The translations under genes were made by a program, and so were the position numbers. This document shows, piece by piece, positions 1-7,909 of a DNA stretch of 64,000 nucleotides. The notes beneath the pieces were generated by a model. That model was not told where the DNA came from and did not search any database. It worked only from the letters and a program-made list of their open reading frames with translations. Within the stretch, counting starts at the first letter, position 1. Each line of letters starts with the position of its first letter. Source of the stretch: a virus; the IMG/VR virus record IMGVR_UViG_3300025530_000001, positions 1 to 64,000 of that record. One strand, given 5' to 3'.

Positions 1-74
1 AGCTCTGCACCGTAAAGGATTCGACGCTCATCACGTTCAACAATGATTCCAAACTTTTGAGTTGCATTTGGCAT
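1..74 (-). CDS. hypothetical protein, N-terminal fragment (gene runs off window start)
   Basis: ATG at 72-74 (minus) with GGAGG about 8 nt upstream. Frame stays open to position 1 (MPNATQKFGIIVERDERRILYGAE...). Absent from the ORF track because it is truncated. Confidence 0.4.
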   Translation of the reverse strand, partial: MPNATQKFGIIVERDERRILYGAE

Positions 75-109
75 CTGTATGACCTCCGTATGAGTTATGA
101 GTATTGAAT

Positions 110-559
110 TCAAAGATCTGAGCCAACCTGTAAAATTGATATCGCTTCAACTCGCTTCTGATCATCAAAGCCGGAAATCGGGCTGCAATGAACAAGGAAG
201 GGGAGGAGGTGACCCATATCTCTGTCATCATCGAGTATGACGAATGATTCTACTGGGTGCTTGAAGGCGTCGAGATATGATTGAATCTCAATTCCTCGAA
301 TTTCGCCATTCAGTACCGGCGTTTTCCCGATCAAATATTGATCCAAATCGTACCACGAGAATAGCTCTTTGAGCTGCTTCATGGTTCGACCTTTTCGCCA
401 GGTGGAGCTAATCACGATTCTGGCGCCTGTTATCTTTATCACTTCCCGGAGATTCCGCACTGCATAAGGGCAAAACTCTTGCAATTCATGCAGCCGGCTG
501 CGTTGAAAGAAGTTACGATGATTCATTACACCATCGATATCGAGGAAGATTAACTTCAT
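110..559 (-). CDS. HAD-superfamily phosphatase-like protein
   Basis: 149 aa. N-terminal FLDIDGV (DxDG motif I), SSTWR, and a C-terminal ILDDD acidic motif. AAGGAG RBS 8 nt upstream. Confidence 0.75.
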   Translation of the reverse strand: MKLIFLDIDGVMNHRNFFQRSRLHELQEFCPYAVRNLREVIKITGARIVISSTWRKGRTMKQLKELFSWYDLDQYLIGKTPVLNGEIRGIEIQSYLDAFKHPVESFVILDDDRDMGHLLPFLVHCSPISGFDDQKRVEAISILQVGSDL

Positions 560-562
560 GAG

Positions 563-1003
563 TTACGCTCCTTGTTTGATTGCTTGCTTAGCTAGACGAT
601 CGCACTCATTGTTGTATGGATCATTGGCATGGCCTTCGGTATAGAAGAACTTCACTTCATGCTGAGCTACCAACTCAAGTAGTCTTTCCCAAAGGTCCCG
701 ATTTTCCACCGGTTTGCGCTGAGAGTTCTTCCATCCATTGGCGATCCAGCGTTCTGTCCACTTGTGAACGAATGCATTGACGACAAACTTGGAGTCGCTC
801 TTTACAGTGACACGGCATTTTTCCTTTAAAGATTCCAATGCACGAATCACTGCCAGGAGTTCCATGCGATTATTGGTTGTGGTGCCGGGCTCGAAACCTG
901 AGATCACTTTCTTATGCTGTCCATAAAGCAAAATAGTAGCCCAACCTCCAGGACCAGGATTCCCCGAGCAAGCACCGTCAGTATAGATAATGACATCCTT
1001 CAT
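563..1003 (-). CDS. rnhA: ribonuclease HI
   Basis: 146 aa. YTDGACSGNPGPGGW, NNRMEL, SDSKF and GHANDPYNNECDRLA give the classic RNase H DEDD pattern. AAGGAG RBS. Confidence 0.9.
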   Translation of the reverse strand: MKDVIIYTDGACSGNPGPGGWATILLYGQHKKVISGFEPGTTTNNRMELLAVIRALESLKEKCRVTVKSDSKFVVNAFVHKWTERWIANGWKNSQRKPVENRDLWERLLELVAQHEVKFFYTEGHANDPYNNECDRLAKQAIKQGA

Positions 1004-1015
1004 CGAATCATCTCC

Positions 1016-1442
1016 TTAATTGATTGGTTTGGCTTGTGTCCAAAAGCCTTTCGCCGATTGAGACTCTATGTATTTTCGTTGCATCAAATTTGCGTACCCG
1101 AAGGGGCCGTACTTGATCATCTTCTCTTGACGATCCTCCAGGATCATGTCAACCAGCTTGTCGATCTTCCGGGGTGGGAGGTAATGCCGAATCATCCCCT
1201 TAACATCAATCTCCCGGCGATACTTTTGATAATTCATCATAACGTTATAACGGTACGAAAGATGCTTTTTTTCCAGAATGATCGCTGACCCGTATGGAAT
1301 GGCATACGCCATAGTCCACTTTGATATAAACACTATTGGTGGAATAAGCATCATACCGATGAAGCATGAATCCGCAGCTGAGGAGCATCGAAATGAGCTC
1401 ATCTACAGTCTGCTTGATGGTTTCTTTAGACAGGCAGCTCAC
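1016..1442 (-). CDS. hypothetical protein encoded in two overlapping frames joined at an A7 run (+1 shift, indel or pseudogene)
   Basis: Frame A (1245-1442, GTG start) ends ...VCHSIRVSDHSGKK. Frame B (1016-1402) continues ...KKHLSYRYNVMMNYQ... The junction is the A7 run (T7 on the plus strand, 1266-1272). Only the frame-A N-terminus and the frame-B C-terminus look protein-like. Confidence 0.5.
1266..1272 (-). other. A7 homopolymer at frame junction (slippage or indel site)
   Basis: Reads ggAAAAAAAgc on the minus strand. Removing one A fuses the two frames. Confidence 0.6.
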
Positions 1443-1971
1443 ATCCTTTCTCGTAATTCACAACACGAAGGAGGAGGTTGTGCTCCTTGGCGATATTGAT
1501 CATGTGCTGAGTACCTCTTGATTTGCCATCCCAAAAGCATACGCACGCACCGCCTGGGCCAGCTACCTCTGCCATTACGACATTCCGCCGATATCCAGCT
1601 GACTTGCCGTATCGATCCCAGTCAGCGGGACACTGATGGAGAAGAAACCCATGGTCCCTAGCATATTGTTCACCGAGCGAATCAGCTCCTCTGGCCATAC
1701 CAGAGATGATCACAACATGTTTTGGATCGATATTCTGCAGATAATAATCCATCCAACGGCAGAGCAGGGGATAATCCTGAAAATAACGTGTTCCAGCAAT
1801 GATCACTTTAAATGGAGTAGCAGAACCAATGTCACGAGTATCACAGATGCTTAGGGCGGATCCATCATGCTTATAAAAGAACCGAAGATCAGTTTCATCT
1901 TGACAGCTGGCTACAACCAATTCATTACTTGACGTATGATCCCTATATTGCACCAGTATCATGAAATGCAT
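1426..1971 (-). CDS. SLOG / DUF2493-like nucleotide-binding protein
   Basis: The C-terminal ~125 aa carry KVIIAGTR, ISGMARGADSLGEQYA, YGKSAGYRRN and CFWDGKSRGTQHMI. Start set at ATG 1969-1971 (AAGGA upstream). The start is uncertain because it overlaps a promoter palindrome. Confidence 0.7.
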   Translation of the reverse strand: MHFMILVQYRDHTSSNELVVASCQDETDLRFFYKHDGSALSICDTRDIGSATPFKVIIAGTRYFQDYPLLCRWMDYYLQNIDPKHVVIISGMARGADSLGEQYARDHGFLLHQCPADWDRYGKSAGYRRNVVMAEVAGPGGACVCFWDGKSRGTQHMINIAKEHNLLLRVVNYEKGCELPV

Positions 1972-1975
1972 TACA
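1962..1975. promoter_or_regulatory. palindromic operator/promoter motif copy 1 (TGAAATGCATTACA, 13/14)
   Basis: One mismatch to TGTAA-N4-TTACA. Minus-strand TATAAT at 1994-1999. Confidence 0.5.
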
Positions 1976-2161
1976 CCATCCTTTGATAAGCTTATTATAA
2001 TCAAAATGAGTGGATGGCGATAGCCCAAATAAGAAGAAAAAACATAAGGGAATATGCGAACAAAATGTTACAATAATGTGAACACGAAAAAAATATTTTT
2101 GAAAATCTATAAATTCCCTAGGTTTGTCGGTATATATTATATTATAGAGACACTAAAATCG

Positions 2162-2175
2162 TGTAACACATTACA
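2162..2175. promoter_or_regulatory. palindromic motif copy 2 (TGTAACACATTACA)
   Basis: Exact TGTAA-N4-TTACA in a 450-bp AT-rich intergenic region, with TATATT/TATTAT hexamers just upstream. Confidence 0.55.
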
Positions 2176-2379
2176 TCATGTAGTGTCATCAGAGACATGA
2201 TAATAAATACCAAATCTGTAAACGTAGCCGGTTCAAAAGTGGCCCCTCAGATCCAAGCAGATCTGAAATTTACAGGACCCTGAGAAAGCCACTCGTTGAA
2301 CTGATATCATCAAGTCCCTGATGAAAGTGCTCTATAATATAATCATCACTGGGGCGAGGTCTGTAAATGCAGACCTTTT
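2176..2379 (+). ncRNA. candidate small non-coding RNA antisense-oriented within the leftward gene block
   Basis: No ORF. Nested perfect stems: AGTGGC/GCCACT (2239-2294), TCAGATC/GATCTGA, TCATCA/TGATGA. Ends in a plus-strand terminator at 2357-2379. Confidence 0.25.
2357..2379 (+). terminator. rho-independent terminator (plus-strand orientation)
   Basis: AGGTCTG-taaatg-CAGACCT followed by TTTT. There is no U-run on the minus strand. Confidence 0.5.
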
Positions 2380-2478
2380 ACTAGGCATTGGTTGTTACGG
2401 CAGAATTATGGAACTTGAACGTTACGCATGAAAATTCATGTTCGTAATTTCTCAATACCCGAGGGGTACGTTTAAGTT

Positions 2479-2676
2479 TCACCGCCGCCAGCCTTCCAGG
2501 AATGCCGACTTGATAAAGATGAAAAGTACACGTGCAGCAATTCCAAGGCCAAATACAACCAGGCAAGCCACAACAAGACCAATCAAGAACTTAATAAGTG
2601 GCCATAGTATAACCAATGCTGTGCCAAGCAATACCACAGTGAAAAATCCTTTCGCTTGCTGGCGAAGTGTTCCCAT
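2479..2676 (-). CDS. small membrane protein (2 TM)
   Basis: Start moved to ATG 2674-2676 (GGAGG 7 nt upstream). Hydrophobic stretches FFTVVLLGTALVILWPLI and IGLVVACLVVFGLGIAA. Confidence 0.6.
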   Translation of the reverse strand: MGTLRQQAKGFFTVVLLGTALVILWPLIKFLIGLVVACLVVFGLGIAARVLFIFIKSAFLEGWRR

Positions 2677-2714
2677 GCAATAACCTCCGTTCACATAGAA
2701 TGGTTTAGACATGA

Positions 2715-3041
2715 TCAAGACGTTTTCGCCGTAGCCTCGTCATCAGTGAAGCCGTAAGGAAACTCTATAACAGAACTATCTTCATGCTTCAGATTGGGGT
2801 TTACCGCATTTGATATGTAACCTTTCTTGCGGAGCCAATTGACAGTTGCATCGAAATCCAGGATTTCAAACAACTTGGAGGTAAATTGAACTCCTCTCAC
2901 ATGGAGCCACGACCTACACTCCGGAGAATACCAGAACCCGGCTCGCTCAAGCAACAGGCGTTTGTAGAATATTTCACGGCGGGCTGCCGCATATTTTTGA
3001 ATCATGTGAATGGGCCAGCCCTTCATTGGACGTTTAGCCAT
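2715..3041 (-). CDS. hypothetical protein
   Basis: ORF with GAGGTG RBS upstream of ATG 3039-3041 (MAKRPMKG...). Confidence 0.6.
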   Translation of the reverse strand: MAKRPMKGWPIHMIQKYAAARREIFYKRLLLERAGFWYSPECRSWLHVRGVQFTSKLFEILDFDATVNWLRKKGYISNAVNPNLKHEDSSVIEFPYGFTDDEATAKTS

Positions 3042-3053
3042 CAAGTTCACCTC

Positions 3054-3314
3054 TTACACACGTTCTAGTTGATGAATTATACGATCATTGCTCCAGAACT
3101 TCTCTAGCTCGGGGAGGATTTCACGATACCATGTGCCACCAAAGCTAGTGTTCAAGCACATCGTACAGCAGTTGGGGCGCCGAGATGGATATAAAGTATA
3201 CCCAATCCCGGAACCCCACGGAAATTGATCCAGCCATGAATCAAAACGATCAAGCTCATCCTCAGTGACATTGATAATGATGACCTCATAACCTCTATAA
3301 GATTGAAAGGGCAT
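3054..3314 (-). CDS. hypothetical protein
   Basis: GGAGGTG RBS upstream of ATG 3312-3314 (MPFQSYRG...). Confidence 0.6.
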   Translation of the reverse strand: MPFQSYRGYEVIIINVTEDELDRFDSWLDQFPWGSGIGYTLYPSRRPNCCTMCLNTSFGGTWYREILPELEKFWSNDRIIHQLERV

Positions 3315-3389
3315 GACGTACACCTCCTATTCCAGTATGAGTTAATAAAATCGTGATGGAAACACAAATCCTCACGATGAATAGTCAAT

Positions 3390-3403
3390 TGTAACGCATT
3401 ACA
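3390..3403. promoter_or_regulatory. palindromic motif copy 3 (TGTAACGCATTACA)
   Basis: Exact motif. Minus-strand TATAAT at 3405-3410, immediately upstream. About 75 nt upstream of the 3314 start. Confidence 0.6.
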
Positions 3404-3422
3404 CATTATAAACTTGTGGAAA

Positions 3423-3890
3423 TCAAACAACAAGAGCTTGCACTCGCTCAACAAGCAGGCTGCGATCTTTCACATAGGACATCCACTTGTCTTTAATGGA
3501 TGCAAGGGGGCCTTCGTCGATGATTTTCACGCCACTATCGGTGACTACATGCACGGCGAAAAAGCCTCTTCCAGCAGGCTGCATAAAGAATTTTTTGATG
3601 ATCGGCACAGCTGCAGGTTCCTTTGCAACTTCCAGAGCAAGGGAGGAAGCTGGATCTTCTGCAGATGCAATGAGATCGGCAAATGCTTTGGTTAAAGCTT
3701 TGGAAGGCGACTTGAGAACAACTCTCATGCCGTCCAGATCGTTGGAAACAACAGCATCACGCAAGGACAATATCGTATCTGCATATTGAATCTGAACTCC
3801 CGGCATCGAGAGGGGTATGACATCTTCTTTCTTGCCAATTACCACTTGCTTATTGGCATGATTCACGATAAATGCATAAACTTTCTTCAT
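3423..3890 (-). CDS. hypothetical protein
   Basis: AAAGGAG RBS upstream. Start taken as the second ATG (MKKVYAFIV...). Confidence 0.6.
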   Translation of the reverse strand: MKKVYAFIVNHANKQVVIGKKEDVIPLSMPGVQIQYADTILSLRDAVVSNDLDGMRVVLKSPSKALTKAFADLIASAEDPASSLALEVAKEPAAVPIIKKFFMQPAGRGFFAVHVVTDSGVKIIDEGPLASIKDKWMSYVKDRSLLVERVQALVV

Positions 3891-3916
3891 AAGCATAAAT
3901 CTCCTTTCGTATGAAT

Positions 3917-3959
3917 GAAAAAGCCAATGCTCCAACTGGCCGGAACATTGGCTTTTTTT
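3917..3959. terminator. bidirectional rho-independent terminator
   Basis: AAAAAGCCAATG...CATTGGCTTTTTTT: an 8-bp stem flanked by an A-run and a T-run. Confidence 0.65.
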
Positions 3960-4050
3960 GTGCTGTTTCGGATCCTGATAGATCCATCATCAGGCAGGCT
4001 CAATCATGACAGGTTCATGAAAGTATCTCCCGCGACAGCAAGCACCTGAA

Positions 4051-4260
4051 TTAGAGCCAGGTGCGTGGTGTATACAAATCATGTTCAAGTGCATGTTGCG
4101 CTTCATCTTCAGTTGCGAAATACTCCTGGGAAAGCCGCCGGCCGGGAAGCCAGCAACCAAAGAAGGCATCATACACTTGAGTGCCGATATAATAACCGGC
4201 AAAAGAATGAAGCACTTTAACCTCAGATTCTGTACCATCTGGAATTTGCGTTTTATCCAT
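4051..4260 (-). CDS. hypothetical small protein (YDAF...EDEA motif)
   Basis: 69 aa with GAGGTG RBS 5 nt upstream. Preferred over the overlapping 128-aa ORF, which lacks an RBS. Confidence 0.55.
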   Translation of the reverse strand: MDKTQIPDGTESEVKVLHSFAGYYIGTQVYDAFFGCWLPGRRLSQEYFATEDEAQHALEHDLYTPRTWL

Positions 4261-4372
4261 GTGAACACCTCATCTCGGGTATTGTTTTCATCATGAATGG
4301 CGCCGATAGGCGCTTTATCAATTTGATGCAAAATAAAAGCAAGTAGAGTATTACACAAACAGAAGAGAAGAA

Positions 4373-4630
4373 TCAACTTGCAACACCTTGTGTGACGGCT
4401 CGATAACGGTGATACCCGAAGGGTGTGATCCGGATAACGAACTGTTCCGTTTCAAGATCACGATTTTTAAAGTGATGCATGGTTACATAGCCTTTATTGA
4501 TCAGAAGTGTCAACGCCTGCTTGTCTTTGATCAAGTGATAGGGTGCATCGTTATAACCTCGAACACGTTTATTCCATCTCTTGATCTTCAAGATCTGTTC
4601 AAAACACGCCAAAGCACGTTGGTTGTCCAT
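4373..4630 (-). CDS. hypothetical protein
   Basis: GGAGGTG RBS 6 nt upstream of ATG 4628-4630 (MDNQRALACF...). Confidence 0.6.
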   Translation of the reverse strand: MDNQRALACFEQILKIKRWNKRVRGYNDAPYHLIKDKQALTLLINKGYVTMHHFKNRDLETEQFVIRITPFGYHRYRAVTQGVAS

Positions 4631-4668
4631 CAGCAACACCTCCAGCGAATAGAGTAGGGGGCGGGTAA

Positions 4669-4699
4669 TAAAAAAGGTGCTCCTAAACCTGGAGCACCC
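4669..4699 (-). terminator. rho-independent terminator
   Basis: Minus strand reads GGGTGCTCC-aggttta-GGAGCACC followed by TTTTTTATT. Overlaps the stop of the GNAT gene. Confidence 0.65.
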
Positions 4700-5060
4700 A
4701 ATCAAAGCAAAGATCATCATTCGGGTACCGAAGGGTAAATCCTTTCTTGATACAGAAGGATCTACACTCCTCAGTAAGCACAGATTCCATGCAAATTTCC
4801 GGAATCCGATTCATCCGACAATAGGATAAGCACCAATCTAAAATTGCTGAACCGATGCCTTTACGCATATGATGATAACCCACATCGATCCTGGCAATCG
4901 TCAAACGGTGGCCGGGGGTCACGCGGATATAAAGATCCAGATGATCATTATAGAACAGGCCACTATTTACAAGTCCAGGTGTGTAATGCACTTCTTCTCC
5001 ATAAAGTTTGGAGAGGAGCTCAACAAGCGGCACATACCAGTCTGCAGGGATCCGCATCAT
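4683..5060 (-). CDS. GNAT-family N-acetyltransferase
   Basis: HHMRKGIGSAILDW matches the acetyl-CoA motif A (R/Q-x-x-G-x-G/A). Start at ATG 5058-5060 with GAGGTG RBS. Alternative start at 5090. Confidence 0.65.
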   Translation of the reverse strand: MMRIPADWYVPLVELLSKLYGEEVHYTPGLVNSGLFYNDHLDLYIRVTPGHRLTIARIDVGYHHMRKGIGSAILDWCLSYCRMNRIPEICMESVLTEECRSFCIKKGFTLRYPNDDLCFDWVLQV

Positions 5061-5076
5061 CTCTATCACCTCGGCA

Positions 5077-5280
5077 TTAATCATTGCCATAGATGCTTTT
5101 GATCTCATCAATAGTGAAATCAGGCATCGGCTTTCCTTCATAGTGCTCCAGGGCCTTCCACCAATAGTAGACCCGCTTCCACCGGGGACGGGAATAGATC
5201 TCAGCAACAGAATACTCCTTGCCTTTCACTTCACGCAAGTATTTCTGTATAAGACTGATCATTTCCTCTTCAAACCCCAT
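5077..5280 (-). CDS. hypothetical protein
   Basis: 67 aa with AAGGATGG RBS region upstream. Confidence 0.55.
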   Translation of the reverse strand: MGFEEEMISLIQKYLREVKGKEYSVAEIYSRPRWKRVYYWWKALEHYEGKPMPDFTIDEIKSIYGND

Positions 5281-5396
5281 GGAGCACCATCCTTATGAAT
5301 AGTATAAACATGTGATAGGTGATCACCGACATGCACCTTTATTTCACAGATGGTTCTGGTATTGTGCATGTCGTAATAAGTTTCAACCAGTTCCAT
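5259..5396 (-). CDS. small hypothetical protein (45 aa)
   Basis: Below the ORF-track cutoff: MELVETYYDMHNTRTICEIKVHVGDHLSHVYTIHKDGAPWGLKRK. Its N-terminus MELVETYY parallels MELVSNYL of the upstream gene. The ATG lies 1 nt after that gene's TGA. Confidence 0.4.
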   Translation of the reverse strand: MELVETYYDMHNTRTICEIKVHVGDHLSHVYTIHKDGAPWGLKRK

Positions 5397-5397
5397 A

Positions 5398-5586
5398 TCA
5401 CTCAATTACCTCCATTACAATTCCGGATGTCGTTGTGCTCATCTTTATGTGTTCCTTGTAATACTTTCCACAACGAATACATCGATACACATCAACGTAG
5501 CGATTGTCACTGGTGAAGCAAGACCTTATATGCTCCCAATCATGACAACATTGGTTGTTATTGAGGTAGTTGGACACTAACTCCAT
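5398..5586 (-). CDS. small Cys-rich (zinc-ribbon-like) protein
   Basis: 62 aa with CC-H...C...CIRCG pattern. AAGGTGG RBS. Confidence 0.55.
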   Translation of the reverse strand: MELVSNYLNNNQCCHDWEHIRSCFTSDNRYVDVYRCIRCGKYYKEHIKMSTTTSGIVMEVIE

Positions 5587-5735
5587 GAAAAATTCACCAC
5601 CTTATGCATTTACCTCCATGATGCGAGAATAAATTCTAAGGGTGGGGTAGGGGAAAGGAAATTAAATAGAGCTCCCCATACACACCAGTATAGAGAGCTC
5701 CTAGATTATCTGCAAATAGTCGATTAAAGAAATCA

Positions 5736-6005
5736 TCATGAAGCCACTTCTACAGCAGCATTCACATATCTGAATGCCCAAAGAATAGCTTCATCTCTGG
5801 CCTGACCATACGGCTTCATATCATGATCCTTAACAATATGAATACTGAACCCGTCATACATATCATCAAGTGAAGGATACATGACATAATTGTCCCATGG
5901 ATCCACTGGATCTTCCTCTCGGGCGATATACACTTCACGATTCGGGCTCTCAACCTTCCAAAGCTTCTTGTTGATAATCGTGACAGTCGCAGTCAAGTTA
6001 TTCAT
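5736..6005 (-). CDS. hypothetical small protein (YDGF...RDEA motif)
   Basis: GGAGG RBS 7 nt upstream of ATG 6003-6005. Confidence 0.6.
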   Translation of the reverse strand: MNNLTATVTIINKKLWKVESPNREVYIAREEDPVDPWDNYVMYPSLDDMYDGFSIHIVKDHDMKPYGQARDEAILWAFRYVNAAVEVAS

Positions 6006-6051
6006 GTCACAACCTCCAGGTATAGTATTCAAAGAGTAGGAAAGGGAAGCG

Positions 6052-6090
6052 GGGGAATAAAATAAAGGCCCTATATCATTATAGAGCCCC
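6052..6090 (-). terminator. rho-independent terminator
   Basis: Minus strand reads GGCTCTATA-atga-TATAGGGCC (9 bp, 1 mismatch) followed by TTTATTTTATT. Confidence 0.55.
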
Positions 6091-6125
6091 TATACATATA
6101 TAGCATATAGATAAACAATATAATG

Positions 6126-6479
6126 CTATAACAAAATCTCCGACCACTTGTCAAAGTCTTGAGACATACACCATTCATATGCTTCTTCATAAGTATCAGC
6201 ATCATATAGCATATGAAACCCGTCATATATAGGGTGGAACACCAAGTATGCTTTCTTATCAGCATATACCCCATAATTATTCTCAGAGATCTCAAAGCCA
6301 TTCACATACCTGACACCAATCTCTTTCTCCTTGCGGATCCGATATTCGCAATCAGGTAAGTGTCCATCTATACGACCATTGATCTCCTGAACCGATCGTT
6401 TGCAATGTACACATCGATAATACGGATTGCTATCACCAATAGGCTCTACTACATAATCACTAAAGTGCGTCATGATCAT
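6126..6479 (-). CDS. hypothetical protein with CxxC...C zinc-ribbon-like N-terminus and YDGF...YEEA C-terminus
   Basis: 117 aa with AGGAG RBS upstream. Confidence 0.6.
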   Translation of the reverse strand: MIMTHFSDYVVEPIGDSNPYYRCVHCKRSVQEINGRIDGHLPDCEYRIRKEKEIGVRYVNGFEISENNYGVYADKKAYLVFHPIYDGFHMLYDADTYEEAYEWCMSQDFDKWSEILL

Positions 6480-6516
6480 TCACTCTCCTATGTGTTTATC
6501 ATATACCAAACCATGG

Positions 6517-6753
6517 TCAAACGCTCAATATCGACTGGTAATTTTCACCCCAGGTTGACCATGAAATCGGCACGATCTTTGCCAATTCCATGACATCATC
6601 AAGCGTTTGTGTGATGGAGGATTGCAGCTCGCACACCCGCAAGGAGCACTGGGCACAGCGTGCAACAAGTCTTGCCGATTTGCCCCAGGTTATATATAGG
6701 AGCGGATCAGCAAGGCTTGTTCGCATCGTATAGGGCGCAATAATGCTAGTCAT
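6517..6753 (-). CDS. hypothetical protein
   Basis: 78 aa. ATGA start/stop overlap with the upstream gene suggests translational coupling. Confidence 0.45.
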   Translation of the reverse strand: MTSIIAPYTMRTSLADPLLYITWGKSARLVARCAQCSLRVCELQSSITQTLDDVMELAKIVPISWSTWGENYQSILSV

Positions 6754-7082
6754 GAGCCCTGATCAACATGAATGAGCATGTCATGAAGATAAGCATGATA
6801 TACATCGAGCTGATCATCCGACATCTGCACATCATTTCTGACGAGCGCCATCCATGGATGAGTGATAAGCACATCCGTCAAATTGCTCTGCACAATCAGT
6901 CTGGCAATATGATCATCCTTCAGGATGATGTCGATGTAATCATCGCCGATATCCAGCTGATAGTTGCCGAGGATCTGGAACAATGCATGGGTGACTTCGC
7001 CGATATGAGATGTTGGCAAGCGAAATACCAGATACTGCGCTTCGTCATCAATGCGGAGCTCCATCACTTCGTGTTTGGCCAT
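6750..7082 (-). CDS. hypothetical acidic protein
   Basis: AAAGGAG RBS 10 nt upstream of ATG 7080-7082 (MAKHEVMELRIDDE...). The upstream part of the 218-aa track ORF looks non-coding. Confidence 0.6.
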   Translation of the reverse strand: MAKHEVMELRIDDEAQYLVFRLPTSHIGEVTHALFQILGNYQLDIGDDYIDIILKDDHIARLIVQSNLTDVLITHPWMALVRNDVQMSDDQLDVYHAYLHDMLIHVDQGS

Positions 7083-7229
7083 AGTTAAACGTCTCCTTTC
7101 ATTACAGGGAAAATGTTTGACTGAAGAAATCATCAAGGAAGGAATGAAGAGAGGATGAAATGAAGTGTTTTCAATCTGGTCGTGAAGCTTGCTTCGCAGC
7201 GACCTGGGGATGGAGAGGATCAGAAAAAA

Positions 7230-7483
7230 CATGCGGCCGGAAGAGTAAATGAACAGCCCCTGTCGCATGGTAGGTTTTTTGCATGTGTGCTCGCCTGACG
7301 CAAGCATCATCCGAATGGAATGTGGCGATAGCCACAAGACGGAGTGGTGCAAACCCCGCAGGGTGGTGGAGATAGCTGCATGATGCAGACCCGAAGGGTG
7401 CGCCACGCCGGATGATGGGAGAGGCGAAGATATGCAAACCCGAAGGGTTCCTGCCTTCTATTGAGCAGACCATGCATGTTGTG
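7230..7483 (-). ncRNA. candidate structured RNA / structured 3' UTR with three tandem hairpin repeats
   Basis: GC-rich and lacks any RBS-supported ORF. Three direct repeats, TGCA(A/G)ACCC-[GAAG/CGCA]-GGGT, at about 7347-7365, 7383-7400 and 7432-7449. Further hairpins GTGGC/GCCAC and GCTTGC/GCGAGC. Ends at CATGCG...CGCATG flanked by A6/T6 (7224-7280). Confidence 0.35.
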
Positions 7484-7909
7484 TTAATCTATGGTCTTGA
7501 GAGCTGCTTTATACATGTCCAAGCATTCATCGATCGTGGGGCGATCTACAAATTGGGCAATGTAATGAGCGGCTCTTTTTGCGTTCATGCCAATGAGATT
7601 AAAGCAAAGAACGCACACAGGCTGCTTGAACAACCCATGTGCGTTCCCATAGCGGATGCCGACTGTGATCTTGAATACTCCCCAGCAATCGACATTGCCG
7701 ATTACCTGAGTCAGATCCTTTCGATCCAGTGATAACGTGAGATCCACTGGAACATCGTCGATGAAGCAATCCGTGCCTTTAAATCTATCCTCGTCGTGAG
7801 TGGCATATCGGATCTTGACTATCTCTTCAAGACGATAGATCATCTCGTCTTCAAAGACAAAGCCAGATCTGCGATCCTTGTTGATGTTGTTGTATACAGC
7901 ATTAAACAT
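7484..7909 (-). CDS. hypothetical protein
   Basis: 141 aa with AAAGGAGGTG RBS 7 nt upstream. Confidence 0.7.
   Translation of the reverse strand: MFNAVYNNINKDRRSGFVFEDEMIYRLEEIVKIRYATHDEDRFKGTDCFIDDVPVDLTLSLDRKDLTQVIGNVDCWGVFKITVGIRYGNAHGLFKQPVCVLCFNLIGMNAKRAAHYIAQFVDRPTIDECLDMYKAALKTID

Noticed and set aside
2310-2335. Hammerhead-like CUGAUGA...GAAA string
   Set aside because: It is simply one arm of the TCATCA/TGATGA hairpin. No three-way junction or cleavage-site context is present.
3990-4376. 128-aa ORF overlapping the 69-aa ORF 4051-4260
   Set aside because: It has no RBS and a hydrophobic, Cys-rich odd composition. The 69-aa frame has a GAGGTG RBS and protein-like sequence.
7171-7473. 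100-aa minus-strand ORF, plus the upstream part of the 218-aa ORF 6750-7406, in the GC-rich island
   Set aside because: No RBS is present. Composition is His/Pro/Arg/Ala-rich, and the region is better explained by tandem hairpin repeats.
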